Origin: Fistulifera solaris
Lineage: Eukaryota
DNA: 64,000 bases
Direction of reading: 5' to 3'
Assembly (NCBI GenBank): GCA_030295235.1
Contig: AP026162.1
Coordinates: 248,001 to 312,000 of the forward strand
Of the stretch, positions 24,797 to 36,402 are shown in pieces. The notes under the pieces were generated by a model, which searched no databases, was not told the DNA's origin, and saw only the letters and a list, made by a program, of their open reading frames with translations. How positions within the stretch are numbered: position 1 is the stretch's first letter; every line of letters starts with the position of its first letter. The position numbers and the translations under genes were made by a program.

Positions 24797-24890
24797 ACGC
24801 CCAAGTCTGGGCGTGTGAAAACATCACCTCTCACAGATTTTCTGGGCACTTGAAAACACTAAACTTCCAGATTTTCTGGGAGCGTGATAA
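24797..24890. repeat. Three further units of the 23331-23601 palindromic repeat
   Basis: ACGCCCAAGTCTGGGCGTGTGAAAA, CTCACAGATTTTCTGGGCACTTGAAAA and TTCCAGATTTTCTGGGAGCGTGATAA. Confidence 0.6.
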
Positions 24891-25011
24891 CTTTTGTTTA
24901 TAAAATAAAAATGAAAAATGCCATCGCAATCAAAGACCATAACAGGTAAACGCAGACCATTATCCACATGATTCATCCATTGACTTCGCGATAAACATTC
25001 ACCTTACAATC

Positions 25012-27086
25012 ATGAACGAATTATCCGTCGAAACCCCAGCAGCCAACGATATCGTGGAAAGAGGCTATCATGTCATGTCGTCACTTCTTACAAAAGACGA
25101 ATGTACGGTTGCCGCGTCTCTCGTCAATACATTCAGCCAGGATATTTCTTATCAATCGATCAGCAATCCGTCTGAGGAAGGATACGGGTCGGGCTGGTTG
25201 CTTGGGGATCTTCGCGAGATTCTGGCAGACCGAATCTTTGAGCCACTCTATCAGACAAGAGAGCTGTTGTCGTCGAAAGAGGGTTTTGCAATGCACCCAA
25301 ACACAACACTTCAAAGTGATCCGACCGAGCCATCTGAAGTTATTCGAGCTGCTGTCATTCTTACAGGTTCGGCCCGAATGTGTTGCAAATCCATCCTCAT
25401 GCATGAAGAGATTGAACTTCATACAGGCGATGTACTTTTATGGAGGTCGAGTTTGTCGAAAGATATCAATCTACTCCATGACAATACGTCAGTCCTTTTT
25501 ATTGCGCCATGATTCCTGCTCTTCCTCTCCATACACAGAATAAGACTCTTCTAAAACAAAAACTGGATGCGTATCTGCAACGGAGGACCGGCGATTGTCA
25601 TCCGGACAGCGAATGTTGGATAGCCGATGAATACCGTGACGATCGGCGACACTATTATAGAATGGGTCCACCGCTCTTGACTTTGCGGCAAGCGGAATTG
25701 TATGGGCTGATTCCTTATCAACGAGACAAAGTCGAAATGGAAAGAGCTGTCGTACGAGGAATCCGATTTGTGGACCACTATGAGAACACCCGACCTTGTC
25801 CGGCGGTCGAAGATGATTCCCATTTAGAGTTTCTAACTTTATCTTCGTCAGCTGATAACAATGGCCTTCTCATGGGACAAGACAAATATTTGGGAGGTAT
25901 TGAATCACCGTGTGGGAACTATGTCTATGGGGTTCCTGGTACAGCCCGACAAGTGCTTCGAGTTGAGCTCGCGACAAAGAAAGTAGATCTCATCGGGCCT
26001 ACGTTTCCTGGCCCATTCAAGTGGTTACGAGGGGTTCCGGTACCAGCAACCTCGGAGTATCCTGCTGGGTGTTGCATAGCTCTCCCTTGTAATTCTTTGT
26101 CAATTTTGAAGATCGTTCCGGACAGGAACGAAGTTTACTCGTTTGGCGAATCCGATCTTAGTGAAAACTGCAATGTTGAAAGCGGTTGGTTCTATCATGG
26201 CGGTAACTTTTCGCCGACAACGGGATGTATCTATGCTATTCCAGCCAATGCAAATCGAGTCATGAAATTCAATCCCTATACGGACAAAATACAATTTATT
26301 GGTCCTGACTTTGGTACAGGGAAACAAAAGTGGTATGGTGGTATTGAAGGATCGGATGGTTGCATCTATGGCATCCCTCATAACGAAACAGGTCGGTATA
26401 CATGTGGTAGATCAGACGCTTTCTTTTGCACAGGATGACTAACGGACTGTATCTCAAACACTTGCATAGGTGTACTCAAAATCGATCCCAATACTGACAC
26501 GGTCGAGATATGGTATCCCAAAACACCATTTCCGGAAGGTCAGTGGAAATGGCACGGAGGATTACGATCGGGACATAAAATATACGGCTTTCCAAACAAT
26601 GCGGACCAAATTTTGGTTATTGATTGTCACCTCAGACGGATCTATGCAATAGGAGCGGATCTCAAATCGGGGCGGCACCGCGATGATAATTGTTACAAAT
26701 ACTTGGGTGGTGCTTTGACGCACGATGAGCGCTTCGCTTATCTTTTTCCATGCGACGCGGAGCGCGTTTTGAAAATCGATTGTCATTCCGATGAGGTATT
26801 GCTCATCGGTCCCATCATGACCGATGGTGCGAATAAGTTTCAAAACGGGTTCGTTGGCCGGGACGGTTGCTTGTACGGTATCCCGCAAAGAGCCACAGGG
26901 GTTTTGCGGATCGTCCCGAGAGATGATGGAGAAGATGTAGTTGATATAATGGACTGCGGTATGATGGGAGTGAAGGATAAGTTTGAGGGAGGTGTCATGG
27001 GGGCCGATGGATGCATCTACTGCATGCCGCTAAGGGCAAAGGTGTGTGTCAAGATTGTTCCAGCAACCACGCGTGTTTCGAACTGA
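25012..27086 (+). CDS. Protein with a degenerate PhyH/2OG-like N-terminus and C-terminal (K)W/Y-x-GG...DGCIYGIP beta-propeller-like repeats
   Basis: Repeats such as KYLGG..YVYGVP, WFYHGG..CIYAIP, KWYGG..DGCIYGIP and KFEGGVMGADGCIYCMP. Intron 26392-26469. One extra T in run 25496-25500 would fuse the first two ORFs. Confidence 0.7.
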
Positions 27087-27611
27087 TTCTTTTTTGCTAA
27101 GCGGGGGCAGATGCGCTTCAATCGCAGTAACCAGATTCTGGTAAAATTCAAGACTAAATTTCCTAAAGTCTTTACGATTGCAAAGCCCACGCTAGGCTAC
27201 AGATCGAAAGCTTTGCTTCGGAAAAAAATCTGGCATCGCGATAGGAGGCTAGAGTGTCGCGATATTTTCGACCTCATCGGCTTCCACCATCCCAAGCGTT
27301 CTGCTCGAAAGTAAGCTATTTATGTCAATATTAGTGTGCGCCTCATTACATCGAAAAACTAAAAATTTTGTTATTGTTATTACTGTGGACCAATGCAATG
27401 AGTTATGGACCATGATGTGTAGTTGTAGTTTCGACATTGCCACGACTGCTTTTCAGTCATGAATTATGATGTTGTTGAGGCTGCTCTTCAAAATGTGTTC
27501 GTTCTGATACCTTGCTATGCCATGATTGCAGTAACAGTCAACACCAATTTCATGAGACACGCCTCGAATAATCTTGATGTTTAGAATTCATGAGGTCGTT
27601 ATCCTCTATCT

Positions 27612-27666
27612 TTTACTATAGCCGTAACTGTAGATTACTTTTTTCACGTCTGCTTTTCAGTCACGA
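27612..27666 (+). promoter_or_regulatory. Solo copy of ~55-bp tripartite intergenic element
   Basis: TTTACTATAGCCGTAACTG...CACGTCTG-CTTTT-CAGTCACGA with 37-nt spacing. A second partial copy lies at 27441-27462. Confidence 0.6.
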
Positions 27667-27781
27667 GTATTGTACGACGACGGACGGCGCAAAATCCGAA
27701 CTTTGAGTTCGAACGCAATGACCATCACAACTGTCGGGTGAGTTCACTATAAATCGGTGATTCTATCTTGCACCCAGCAAC

Positions 27782-29617
27782 ATGGGTATTCACTCATTAC
27801 TAGGCGTATGCTACTGGCTTGCTACACTCGCGGTCGCAAAAGATATTTCGGGCGGTTACCATGGCGATCGTAGCATATCTTTGGACGAAGCCGAGGTGCC
27901 CGTAGACGTTTCTTCGTGCGCGCGCGCCTTGAAAGATCTTTCCATTCATCCCGAACAAGCAACAGAGAGTATTTTTTCCAAAGTTTCGTTTGCTGTGCAC
28001 CGCAGTGGAGAAACGGAAGCCTGCGGTGTCGCTCCCCCTTCTGTGACTGCTCTGCAACACGCACTGGCGAGCCTCGAAAGCTACGATGCCGTCCTGAACA
28101 AGTATCAAGTCGAGTCATTTCTTACGGGATTCTTCGCGGATCGTCTGGGTACAGGGAAGTGCGGGCCGGAGGAGGGAACTTCTTTGTTTGATTACTGTGA
28201 CGAGGGACCGGCTCGAACGGTAATTCAACCCGACCATCAGAAATTGGTGCATGTTCCTCACGGCGATTCCATGTCCTTGCCCTGTCGTTTTTACACACGA
28301 GAAGGACGGCGGATTAGTTCTTTGGAGTTTCTTAAAGAACTAGCGGATTTAGCAGTACAAAAGGCCAGTGATTGCCCTGACGAAACCTGTGGCTTCGCCG
28401 CCATTGAGCTGTATGCTGCTCCGGCGGGTCGCATGTTCATGTTTGCTCCGTCGTACGTGGGTGAAGTTTTTGAGTTGAAGCATGTCAAGGACAGTATTGG
28501 TGAAGTCATTACAGTAGAAACTCTTTCCTTGGAACCTCGTGTCTTTGATATTCACAATTTCTTCACCGTTGAGGAAGCAGATCAATTGTTAACGAAAGCA
28601 CTTGGTGAAACATCCGAAACATATGGCTTTCATCGCAGTACGACCGGTACCAGCGGGGCGAGTGTCTTTAGCAAACGTACGTCGGAAAATGCCTGGGATA
28701 CGCACGGTGCCACAGCTCAAAAGTGAAACGCCGCTGCTTTTCGCTGCTGGGCATTGATGAATACGAAGAGAGCATGTCGGATGGATTACAGATTTTGCGT
28801 TACAACTTGACGAAAGCGTATACCAGTCACTACGACTATTTAGAAGACAAGGCAAACAAGGAATTGTACGATTACGATTCCTCGATGAAAGGCGGAAATC
28901 GATTTGCGACTATCCTTTTGTACTTTTCTGATCTCCCCGAAGACGGTGGTGGTGAAACTGTCTTTCCTCGTGCCTGGCCTGTCGGGCTGCCGGTGGAGGA
29001 ACGCGTTCAACTTCCTGAAGCAATTAAGCAATTAAGGGCTTCTGGAGAGGCGGATCTTCTGACACCAGGTTCATGGGAAGAAGAAATGGTGGCGCAATGC
29101 CGGACGCGCTTGGTGAGTTCGTTTGAAATTGATTGTAGTATATGACTTGTCATTTCTCACATTTTTATAGACTGTCAAACCAAGCAAAACAAGGGCCGTT
29201 CTTTTCTATTCACAGTACCCGAACGGCACACTGGATACATTTTCCTATCATGGAGGATGTCCCGTTCTCAAAGGGACAAAGTTTGCAGCGAATTTGTGGA
29301 CGTGGTCAGCGATTCGACCTGAATTTCCGGGTGCTCCAACGAAGCGAGAGAAAACGCCGGAAGAGATTGAAGAAGAAGCTGCCGCTACTCGGCAAGTACA
29401 TGCTACTTTCCGCAACAGTGGCAAAGATCCTCGGTTTGATGCATCAACACAGGTTTATTATGAAGATCTAACCTTTTTCGGAAACTTGGGTCCAAATGAC
29501 CCACCTGTCGGGGTGAACACGTTTAAAACGCACAAATGGAATATCAAAGTAAATGGCAAGACGCTTAAAAGCTTTGTCATTACGGGAGCCAACGAGAAAG
29601 AAGTGTTTGTCATATAG
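27782..29617 (+). CDS. Secretory prolyl 4-hydroxylase (2OG-Fe(II))
   Basis: Signal peptide, RTSENAW, LQILRY, HYD, GNRFATILLY, GGETVF, HGGCPVLKGTKFAANLW. Intron 29113-29170. Frameshift in A-run 28719-28722. Confidence 0.9.
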
Positions 29618-29679
29618 TCTTAATACGGGACCGAGCATTGTGAGTGTCCCACGCCGGCGACATTATTTTTTATGACTTA

Positions 29680-32067
29680 TTAGTCGCACTTGTAGTAAAA
29701 GACCGCGTATTTCGTAGCCCCCTTCTTGCTAAAGTATAGCTGTCCGTCTTTAGGATGAGTCCCGATTTCAGGCATTTTTGAAGGACCGCCATTCAGCCCA
29801 CCCGACGATACCAGTCTTGCATCATTGGGCAACCGTTCATATTTTCTAATTTCTTCCCAATAGAGAGCGATGTGTTGGTCTTTCTCTAAACAGAGGTCGC
29901 GTAATTTTGCTAAGCTGGTCTCATATTCGTTTTTGAGTTTCATCAGCTCCATATTATGCTTGGCTTTCAGCAGCTCGATATCAGAGTCGGTCTCGTCGTT
30001 TCTGCTCTTCCTGGGGGCCGAACTACTTCTCCCTTTCTCTGAAAGTAAGGATCGGCTCTTGCTTCCCAAACTTCGAGAAAGAGTTTCACGGACCCTGGCA
30101 GGTGACGCTGATGCTTGATCTCGCGTGGATGAGCTCTTGGGGCCCAGAGTACGACGTGGTGAAGAATGTTCTTTGGTCGAAGGGCGTTCGGATCCATTTC
30201 CCCGCCATACATGACTATCGGCGGCTGCAGGGGACTGTGCCCTTCGAGTCTTGGACTCATGTCCACTCTTACGATCCGGGTCGTTTGTGCGTGAATGCCC
30301 ACTCTTTCGATCTTGGTCGCTATTCAGCGAATGTCCACTTTTGCGATCCTGATCACTCTTCCGGGAGTGTGAACTCCCTGACCTTCTTTCGTGTCCACTC
30401 TTCCGATCATCATGGCTCGTACTTTTGTTCTCACTAGCTTCCCGCCTGTCTCTACTTCTACTCCTTCGTAGATCACCATACGAGTCATTTGTGTCCTTTC
30501 TGGGGCTCTCCTTATGGTGAGGAGACTGTGATCTTCGAGGGGACACCCTGAGAACCGTTTTTCCCGGGTTGTCAGGAGAAGAATTCTCTCGAACAAACAA
30601 CCGTCCAGGAGAAGACAGTCCCTTTAATAAACTACGAGTCATTTTTACTTTCAACATTTTCGGTGTCATAGTGGGAGACTCTGAGTATTTCGATGAATCG
30701 AGAGTCGATCCTTTGTGTTTGAAAGAAAGTTTCTTGGCTGAGGACAGTGACTGATTCAAAAGCTCTGAGACGACGTGCGGCGGCAATTTATTCACAATAG
30801 CTGTCGTTTGTTCGGGATCTGCTTCACTGAATTCTGTCCAATGAGGTGCAAGATCTCGAATACAACGCATCTCCAACAGCGTCAAAGTATTGGAGCCTTG
30901 CAACGATTTGACAATATCAACTTCGAGTCCCAACATGGAGAGAGCTGTCTTTGGATAAAACACCGGCAGTACTTCCTCGGTTGTCAGCGCCAGAAAAGAA
31001 TTCTCGTCCATGTCATATCGACGTTTCTCAATAAAAGCTGCGACAACGTTTGCCTTATGCAGATCTCGTCCCTCCGATTCGAATCCAGTAACCGACACAA
31101 TTTCCAATACGAAAGGTGGATCGATCAGATCCAAGACCGGATGATCCTCTGGTAGTTGAAGAATATTGCGACCAATATGTCGAGCAGAAACTCCCATCAT
31201 TTTTTCGTCTTTCAAATTGATACTATCACGACAATAGGGTAAAATTGTGGACATGCTCAAATCCTTTTGTATAAAATCCATGACCGTTTTAAACAACAGC
31301 TTCAGCCCAAAGAACTGCGCCAAAAAGCGCATCCCCATGGCCCACTCTGACGAAATGTTCGGCGGCTTTGTAGAGTACATGTAATCGAGTACATGAGGCA
31401 TGGCACGAATGGCTGCCGTCGCGAAGCCAACGTCCGTGACCGAGGGTGTCTTGGAAGTAGTGCGTTGAAATACCTGCACAAAATATTCACTGCGCCGTAT
31501 TCCTGTCGCCAGTACACTCTTGCGAACATGATAGGTGTGAATCGATTGATCATCTTTGTTGGTGACACGAATCGTCCAGTCGCTCAAGGCATCTACCGGA
31601 TTCATTCGCCACGCCAACAGTTCGTCCTCGTTGGACGATGATTCGTACGTTTCTTCCGACATGACTATAATTTCACCCCGTACAGGACTGCTGTGTCTGT
31701 GTTCTCTTTGTTTCCTTGTATTCGAGTGTTTCACTGTCTCTACCGAAATTTCTTCGACGGATGCGGGAGAAAAGGGAACAGAAATGATTTTTCGTTCCGT
31801 CTCGGATCCGGGAGAGGGCACCGGCGAGATGGGGACACTGCGTCGTGCACGCGTTTTACTGAGATTTGCTTCGAGTAGAATCGGACTTTGAGGTACAGGA
31901 TTAGCCTCTTGGATGGGTCGTGTCGGTGATTTATTCGAAGAGCGTATTGTCAAAGAGGTGGCAACGGAACTCTCTTCCGACGCTTCGTCGATAATGTCGA
32001 GAGCATCCGGAAGAATGGAGGTCATTTGCTGTTTCCTCTTTCTTGGACTCAATTTTGCGATCGGCAT
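29680..32067 (-). CDS. BTB/POZ-domain protein (diatom-expanded type) with Ser/Arg-rich tail
   Basis: LAWRMNP..LSDWTI...YHVRKSVLA.G.RRSEYF...VLDYMY is the pattern typical of diatom BTB proteins. The start is uncertain (ORF open to 32112). Confidence 0.8.
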   Translation of the reverse strand: MPIAKLSPRKRKQQMTSILPDALDIIDEASEESSVATSLTIRSSNKSPTRPIQEANPVPQSPILLEANLSKTRARRSVPISPVPSPGSETERKIISVPFSPASVEEISVETVKHSNTRKQREHRHSSPVRGEIIVMSEETYESSSNEDELLAWRMNPVDALSDWTIRVTNKDDQSIHTYHVRKSVLATGIRRSEYFVQVFQRTTSKTPSVTDVGFATAAIRAMPHVLDYMYSTKPPNISSEWAMGMRFLAQFFGLKLLFKTVMDFIQKDLSMSTILPYCRDSINLKDEKMMGVSARHIGRNILQLPEDHPVLDLIDPPFVLEIVSVTGFESEGRDLHKANVVAAFIEKRRYDMDENSFLALTTEEVLPVFYPKTALSMLGLEVDIVKSLQGSNTLTLLEMRCIRDLAPHWTEFSEADPEQTTAIVNKLPPHVVSELLNQSLSSAKKLSFKHKGSTLDSSKYSESPTMTPKMLKVKMTRSLLKGLSSPGRLFVRENSSPDNPGKTVLRVSPRRSQSPHHKESPRKDTNDSYGDLRRSRSRDRREASENKSTSHDDRKSGHERRSGSSHSRKSDQDRKSGHSLNSDQDRKSGHSRTNDPDRKSGHESKTRRAQSPAAADSHVWRGNGSERPSTKEHSSPRRTLGPKSSSTRDQASASPARVRETLSRSLGSKSRSLLSEKGRSSSAPRKSRNDETDSDIELLKAKHNMELMKLKNEYETSLAKLRDLCLEKDQHIALYWEEIRKYERLPNDARLVSSGGLNGGPSKMPEIGTHPKDGQLYFSKKGATKYAVFYYKCD

Positions 32068-32561
32068 CGTCAACGGTTGTGAATTGTCAGATAGATGATA
32101 GAAAAGGAACAAACATTAGTAGTTATGATCGATTTGTTGACTTGTATTGGTAGTGAGACGATGTTATTCCAAAAGCTTTTTATTTTTCTCGTCCTTTTTC
32201 ATTTCAAACTCAATAATGTCTAAAGTCTAAATGTCCCATCGCACGTCTTAATGACTCGCGACACTGATACTTGCTGTAGAAGGTTTTTTAAATGGTCTAA
32301 AGTGCCGAGTGCCGAGAAAAACTTCGACACGAATGAATATTTCAATCATGAACAAATTCACGTCTATCGTACCGGTTATCGAACTCGTTTCTCGTCCGCC
32401 GCAGCATTTTATTTTTTGCCAAAACGCCGCACAAACAAATAATGGGCCTTGTTGTGAGCATTCGTCTTTCGTATCTTTTCTCATTATTTCGCCACAGCAA
32501 ATCATAGTTTCTTCAAGATCTCTTTTAATTAGACTAATCTTGATTTAAAGCTCAATCAACC

Positions 32562-33644
32562 ATGTCCGCCGAAAGCATCATGGCTGATAAAAAGGCGAGC
32601 GACGTGTACGACCGTCAGGTCCGTTTGTGGGGAGCCGATGCGCAGGTAAAAAAATTGATTCAGCGACCAAATAATTATCCTTGTCTCTGTTATCTCAACT
32701 CAATCGCTTCACGTCTTCCTTTCATCTCATTTTCCGCAGGCAAAAATGGCACAAACACGAGTTCTCTATATTCACGTCACGGGTGTATCGTCCGAGATGA
32801 TCAAAATTTGGTCCTCGCGGGGATCCGCGCCTCCATTTGCGACACTCGTTCTTTGGATCAAGTGGCGGCGACACCGTCACTCTTTTTCAGTGCGTTTCAA
32901 AAAGAGTCGAACGACGACAACAACGACAAGAAGAAGAAAACAAAGTATTCTACTGTCATGGAAGCACTCAAACCTGTCATTGAAGAATTGAATCCGCTGC
33001 TCGGAGAATGCGAAACGATTCCGGACTGGAAAGCTGCCATTCAGGAGTTTCCCTTGATTGTGGCTAGTCATTTGAGTATGGCGGATGCTCTTTATATTGC
33101 GCAACACAAATTGCCGACGACGAAATTCATTCTGACGGATACCTTTGGCTTGTACGGAGCTGCCGTCTTTGATCTCGGTCCGAACCTTGAATACCGCCCT
33201 GAGAAAGGCAAGGAATTGATGGATCCGGTTACTTTGGAACCATACATTCCCATGGACCAGATATTTGCCACGAGACTTTCGGATGCGACGAATCGCTTTC
33301 ATAAACAAGCCCCTCCCGAGGCCTATTGGCGGTATCGGTGTTTCTTGGAGTATCGGGAACGTACGGGAAAATGGCTCAGTTCCAAAGATGCGGACGTCGC
33401 CGAAGTACTAGAGTCTTATTTGCAAGAAACTGCTGATGCGTCTTTGCATGACATGATCCGTGCTCAATTCGATTCTTTGAATAAGACGGCAGAAATTTCT
33501 CCGGTGTGTGCGGTGCTCGGAGGCATGCTAGGGAACGAAATGATCAAAGTGATTAGCGGAAAAGGACAGCCGGCAAATAATACCGTGTTGATGGATGGAA
33601 TTACTTGCAAAGGATTGACGTTCCTAGTCAAGCCTAAGACATAA
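32562..33644 (+). CDS. SAE1: SUMO-activating enzyme subunit 1 (AOS1/SAE1, ThiF fold)
   Basis: VYDRQVRLWGADAQ, E..KNLVLAGI, ISPVCAVLGGMLGNEMIKVISGK. Intron 32646-32739. Frameshift in A-run 32803-32806. Confidence 0.88.
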   Translation: MSAESIMADKKASDVYDRQVRLWGADAQVKKLIQRPNNYPCLCYLNSIASRLPFISFSAGKNGTNTSSLYSRHGCIVRDDQNLVLAGIRASICDTRSLDQVAATPSLFFSAFQKESNDDNNDKKKKTKYSTVMEALKPVIEELNPLLGECETIPDWKAAIQEFPLIVASHLSMADALYIAQHKLPTTKFILTDTFGLYGAAVFDLGPNLEYRPEKGKELMDPVTLEPYIPMDQIFATRLSDATNRFHKQAPPEAYWRYRCFLEYRERTGKWLSSKDADVAEVLESYLQETADASLHDMIRAQFDSLNKTAEISPVCAVLGGMLGNEMIKVISGKGQPANNTVLMDGITCKGLTFLVKPKT

Positions 33645-33707
33645 TAATGGAATTACTAGTCCGTAGTAAATACTCGAGCAAAATTAAACTTCCATTTTTT
33701 GGTACGC

Positions 33708-35445
33708 TTAACCTACAGGTAGCGGATATCCGTCTAGCTGCAAAGCTTTGCCGAATACACCGACTTCCGACGTAGTAGGCAAGCACAGAGGAGCTTGGTC
33801 ATCCGGTGCGGAAGAAACTGATACATAAATGTTCATTTCGCGCAAACACACTTCTTCCAGCATGCCCTGGAGGACTTGCAATCGAATTCCTCTGTCAGCA
33901 ATCAGATTCTCTAACCGCTGCTTCACGACCTGCAGTGATTTGCTAGTTGTACCGGCAAGACTGCGTCGCATCTCCGCTTGATGAATCTGGCCTGCCAATT
34001 CTTCCAGATCGTCGGAAAGCTCATTTTGTCGTTGTACCATCGTATCCCAATCAATGCACTGACAAACAAACAGCTCGCGATCAAACTGAGTGCATCCTCG
34101 CACGATATTGCTTGGTACATCTAGGTACTGATCTTGGTGTCTTTTGTACTCGGAAAGTCGAAATGCATTCCGTGTCGTACACAGAGTAGCGAGGGTTGTT
34201 ATGTCATCAACATACGCCTCGACTTTCTCTCGAAGACTTCCTGTCACTATAGCCGTATCATCCGTTCTCGTGAGAAGATGTTCATCGCGCAAAAACCCCA
34301 GCAGATCCAGTAATATCGACCGTATTCCCAATCCTTGTTGTTGCTGTTGTTTACCGCCGGCGCTGTTACCATGAAACGCTTTGAGCAGCCGTCGCAGATG
34401 TTCTTTCAAACGAGGGACTCTAGCCGCTCCCAATACTCCGGGCACAGAAACGAGCTGCACTTTTTATGATCCAAATATCGGGCCAGTTCCGCAAAGGGTA
34501 CAGCGCGTCCGTCATTTCTTGCTCAAATTCCGCGCATTTTTGCTCCAGCGCCAAGCTTTCGACCAGATTTGGCTTGGACAAAAGCTTCTGGAACTGATTT
34601 TCCAGGTTAGCGTTACTTTTCGTCGGTCCTCCTTCCTGTAATAGTTGTTCGACCAGGGTTAAGCTAGGCGCCTTTCGGATCGAATAATGAGCTTCCAGAT
34701 AGGCTCGAAAGGGCGCACGATATTCACATTTGATCAAATACAATCGTTTCAGCACGGTTGCATCTGCCTGAAATGCAGCACGAAATCTAGCTAGCCCATT
34801 GGGGATCTCTACTTGCACTGTGTAAGTTAGTTTTTGCCAATCTCGCTCAATCTGCTCGTAGTTTTTCTTGGACCCGATGTATTGCTGTTGATTCTTTGAA
34901 GATGACGATCTACCTTGCAATTTATTCAACTGCCGCAATTGTTTCTGACATTGATTGTAGACATGCTCCGCCCAAATGTAGTCCGGACAATACAGGCGAG
35001 GTGACTCCCAGCAGTCTCTACGTCTTTGATGTGCGGGTTGCCTCTTTCTCCCATCCTGCTGTACCGCCGTGATGCCGGCACTGTTTTTGCTGACTCCACC
35101 CAGCGGAATGTCGTACGGGTCACTCAAGTTCGCGGACGACGCTAGAGGGTCAATGGTTAAAAGAGCTACCGCATCGCACGCAATATCGAAGCACTGTCGA
35201 ACCCACTGATGCTCCGAAAATGTCAGTTCATCCGAAAGGAGAAGTGCGGCAGCAGCATTTTTCTGCAAAGTAAGCCAGCTTTGCAACAAAGCGTGTGCGG
35301 TTATGAGGGATGCTGATAATTGAGCTTCTGACGAGCGAAATAGCGCGACATCAAGAAACGTAATTAAGCCGGGCACAGCTTTTAGTTGAATGGGACATTC
35401 TTCCGACGAACCGGGCAGGTTCGGAGTTGACGCTAAAATATCCAA
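33708..35445 (-). CDS. Hypothetical helical/coiled-coil protein
   Basis: Two long overlapping ORFs (34420-35445 and 33708-34460). Restoring one base in each of runs 34493-34495 and 34461-34465 gives YPFAELARYLDHKKVQLVSVP. The true start is probably upstream, possibly ~35591 via an intron. Confidence 0.65.
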
Positions 35446-35640
35446 ATGAACGCCCCAATTTGCTTCAGCACATCCATTAGCTTCAGTACAAGGGGACGGA
35501 ACATTTCTGCAATCATTCTTGTGAACTAAAAGCTATTGTTCGCCAAAAAGAAAAACAGCAACACCATTACACCATATTTAGATTGATTCATGTAAATACC
35601 GCGGCGACAGTTGCAAAAATAATATTTGCAACAGTATAAC

Positions 35641-35697
35641 TCATGACTGAAAATTTCACTCTTGGCAAAAACGGACAACACTTTGATCCATAGTAAA
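35641..35697 (-). promoter_or_regulatory. Solo copy of ~55-bp tripartite intergenic element
   Basis: Reverse complement reads TTTACTATGGATCAAAGTG...CAAGAGTG-AAATTTT-CAGTCATGA with 39-nt spacing. Confidence 0.55.
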
Positions 35698-35878
35698 GTC
35701 TGAAGTTGCTGTTTCGAAGATAGTTTCGAAGATAATAAGCTTTCATTACTTTCTGAACGAGAGTAAAATACGAAACAAAACATCTCGTCCGCAAAAACAT
35801 CGTCCACACCCAAAGCACAAATAAAAGGCAAAGAAAAAACTCATTGAAAACCTTGAATCGCAAATCATTCGATTGAAA

Positions 35879-36289
35879 ATGACAACAACAGATTCTCACA
35901 GACGACAGAATTCATTTCCCGTTGCGGCCCTGATCAGCGGGACGCTAGGAGCTGTAGCTTCGTGTTTAGGAAAGTTCGCCATGGACCCCGACGCTTTTCC
36001 AAAGGACACGTGGGGCTACTTGAGCCGTTTAATCTGTTTTCTACTCATGCTGGGTTGCAATGCTGGTATGCTGGGAAGTTTCTTATCAGGAATGGAAGAA
36101 TCGGGTAGCGTTGCGGGGACTTCGCTCTCGACAGCCGCCAATTTTAGTGTCTCGGCGTTCTTGGGGTATTTCCTTTGGGAGGAACAATTTAATGTCACTT
36201 GGTGGCTGGGATTTGCGATGGTAATGCTAGGCGTCTTTCTACTTTCGACCAAAGAAGATCCAAAGAAGAATATCATAAAACAGGACTAA
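35879..36289 (+). CDS. TMEM42: TMEM42-like small DMT-fold membrane protein
   Basis: Four hydrophobic helices with A.AS..GKFA, CNA.M..F, TAANF..SA.LG...W.E and W.G......GV.L. Confidence 0.75.
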   Translation: MTTTDSHRRQNSFPVAALISGTLGAVASCLGKFAMDPDAFPKDTWGYLSRLICFLLMLGCNAGMLGSFLSGMEESGSVAGTSLSTAANFSVSAFLGYFLWEEQFNVTWWLGFAMVMLGVFLLSTKEDPKKNIIKQD

Positions 36290-36402
36290 TCGTCGATCTT
36301 TGCGTGTAACAATTCAAATAGGTCTAATTCATTTTCATATTTTCATAAAACATTTCAATCGTCAGAAAGAAATCAGTAGCCGTCATATCCAATACATTCT
36401 TA

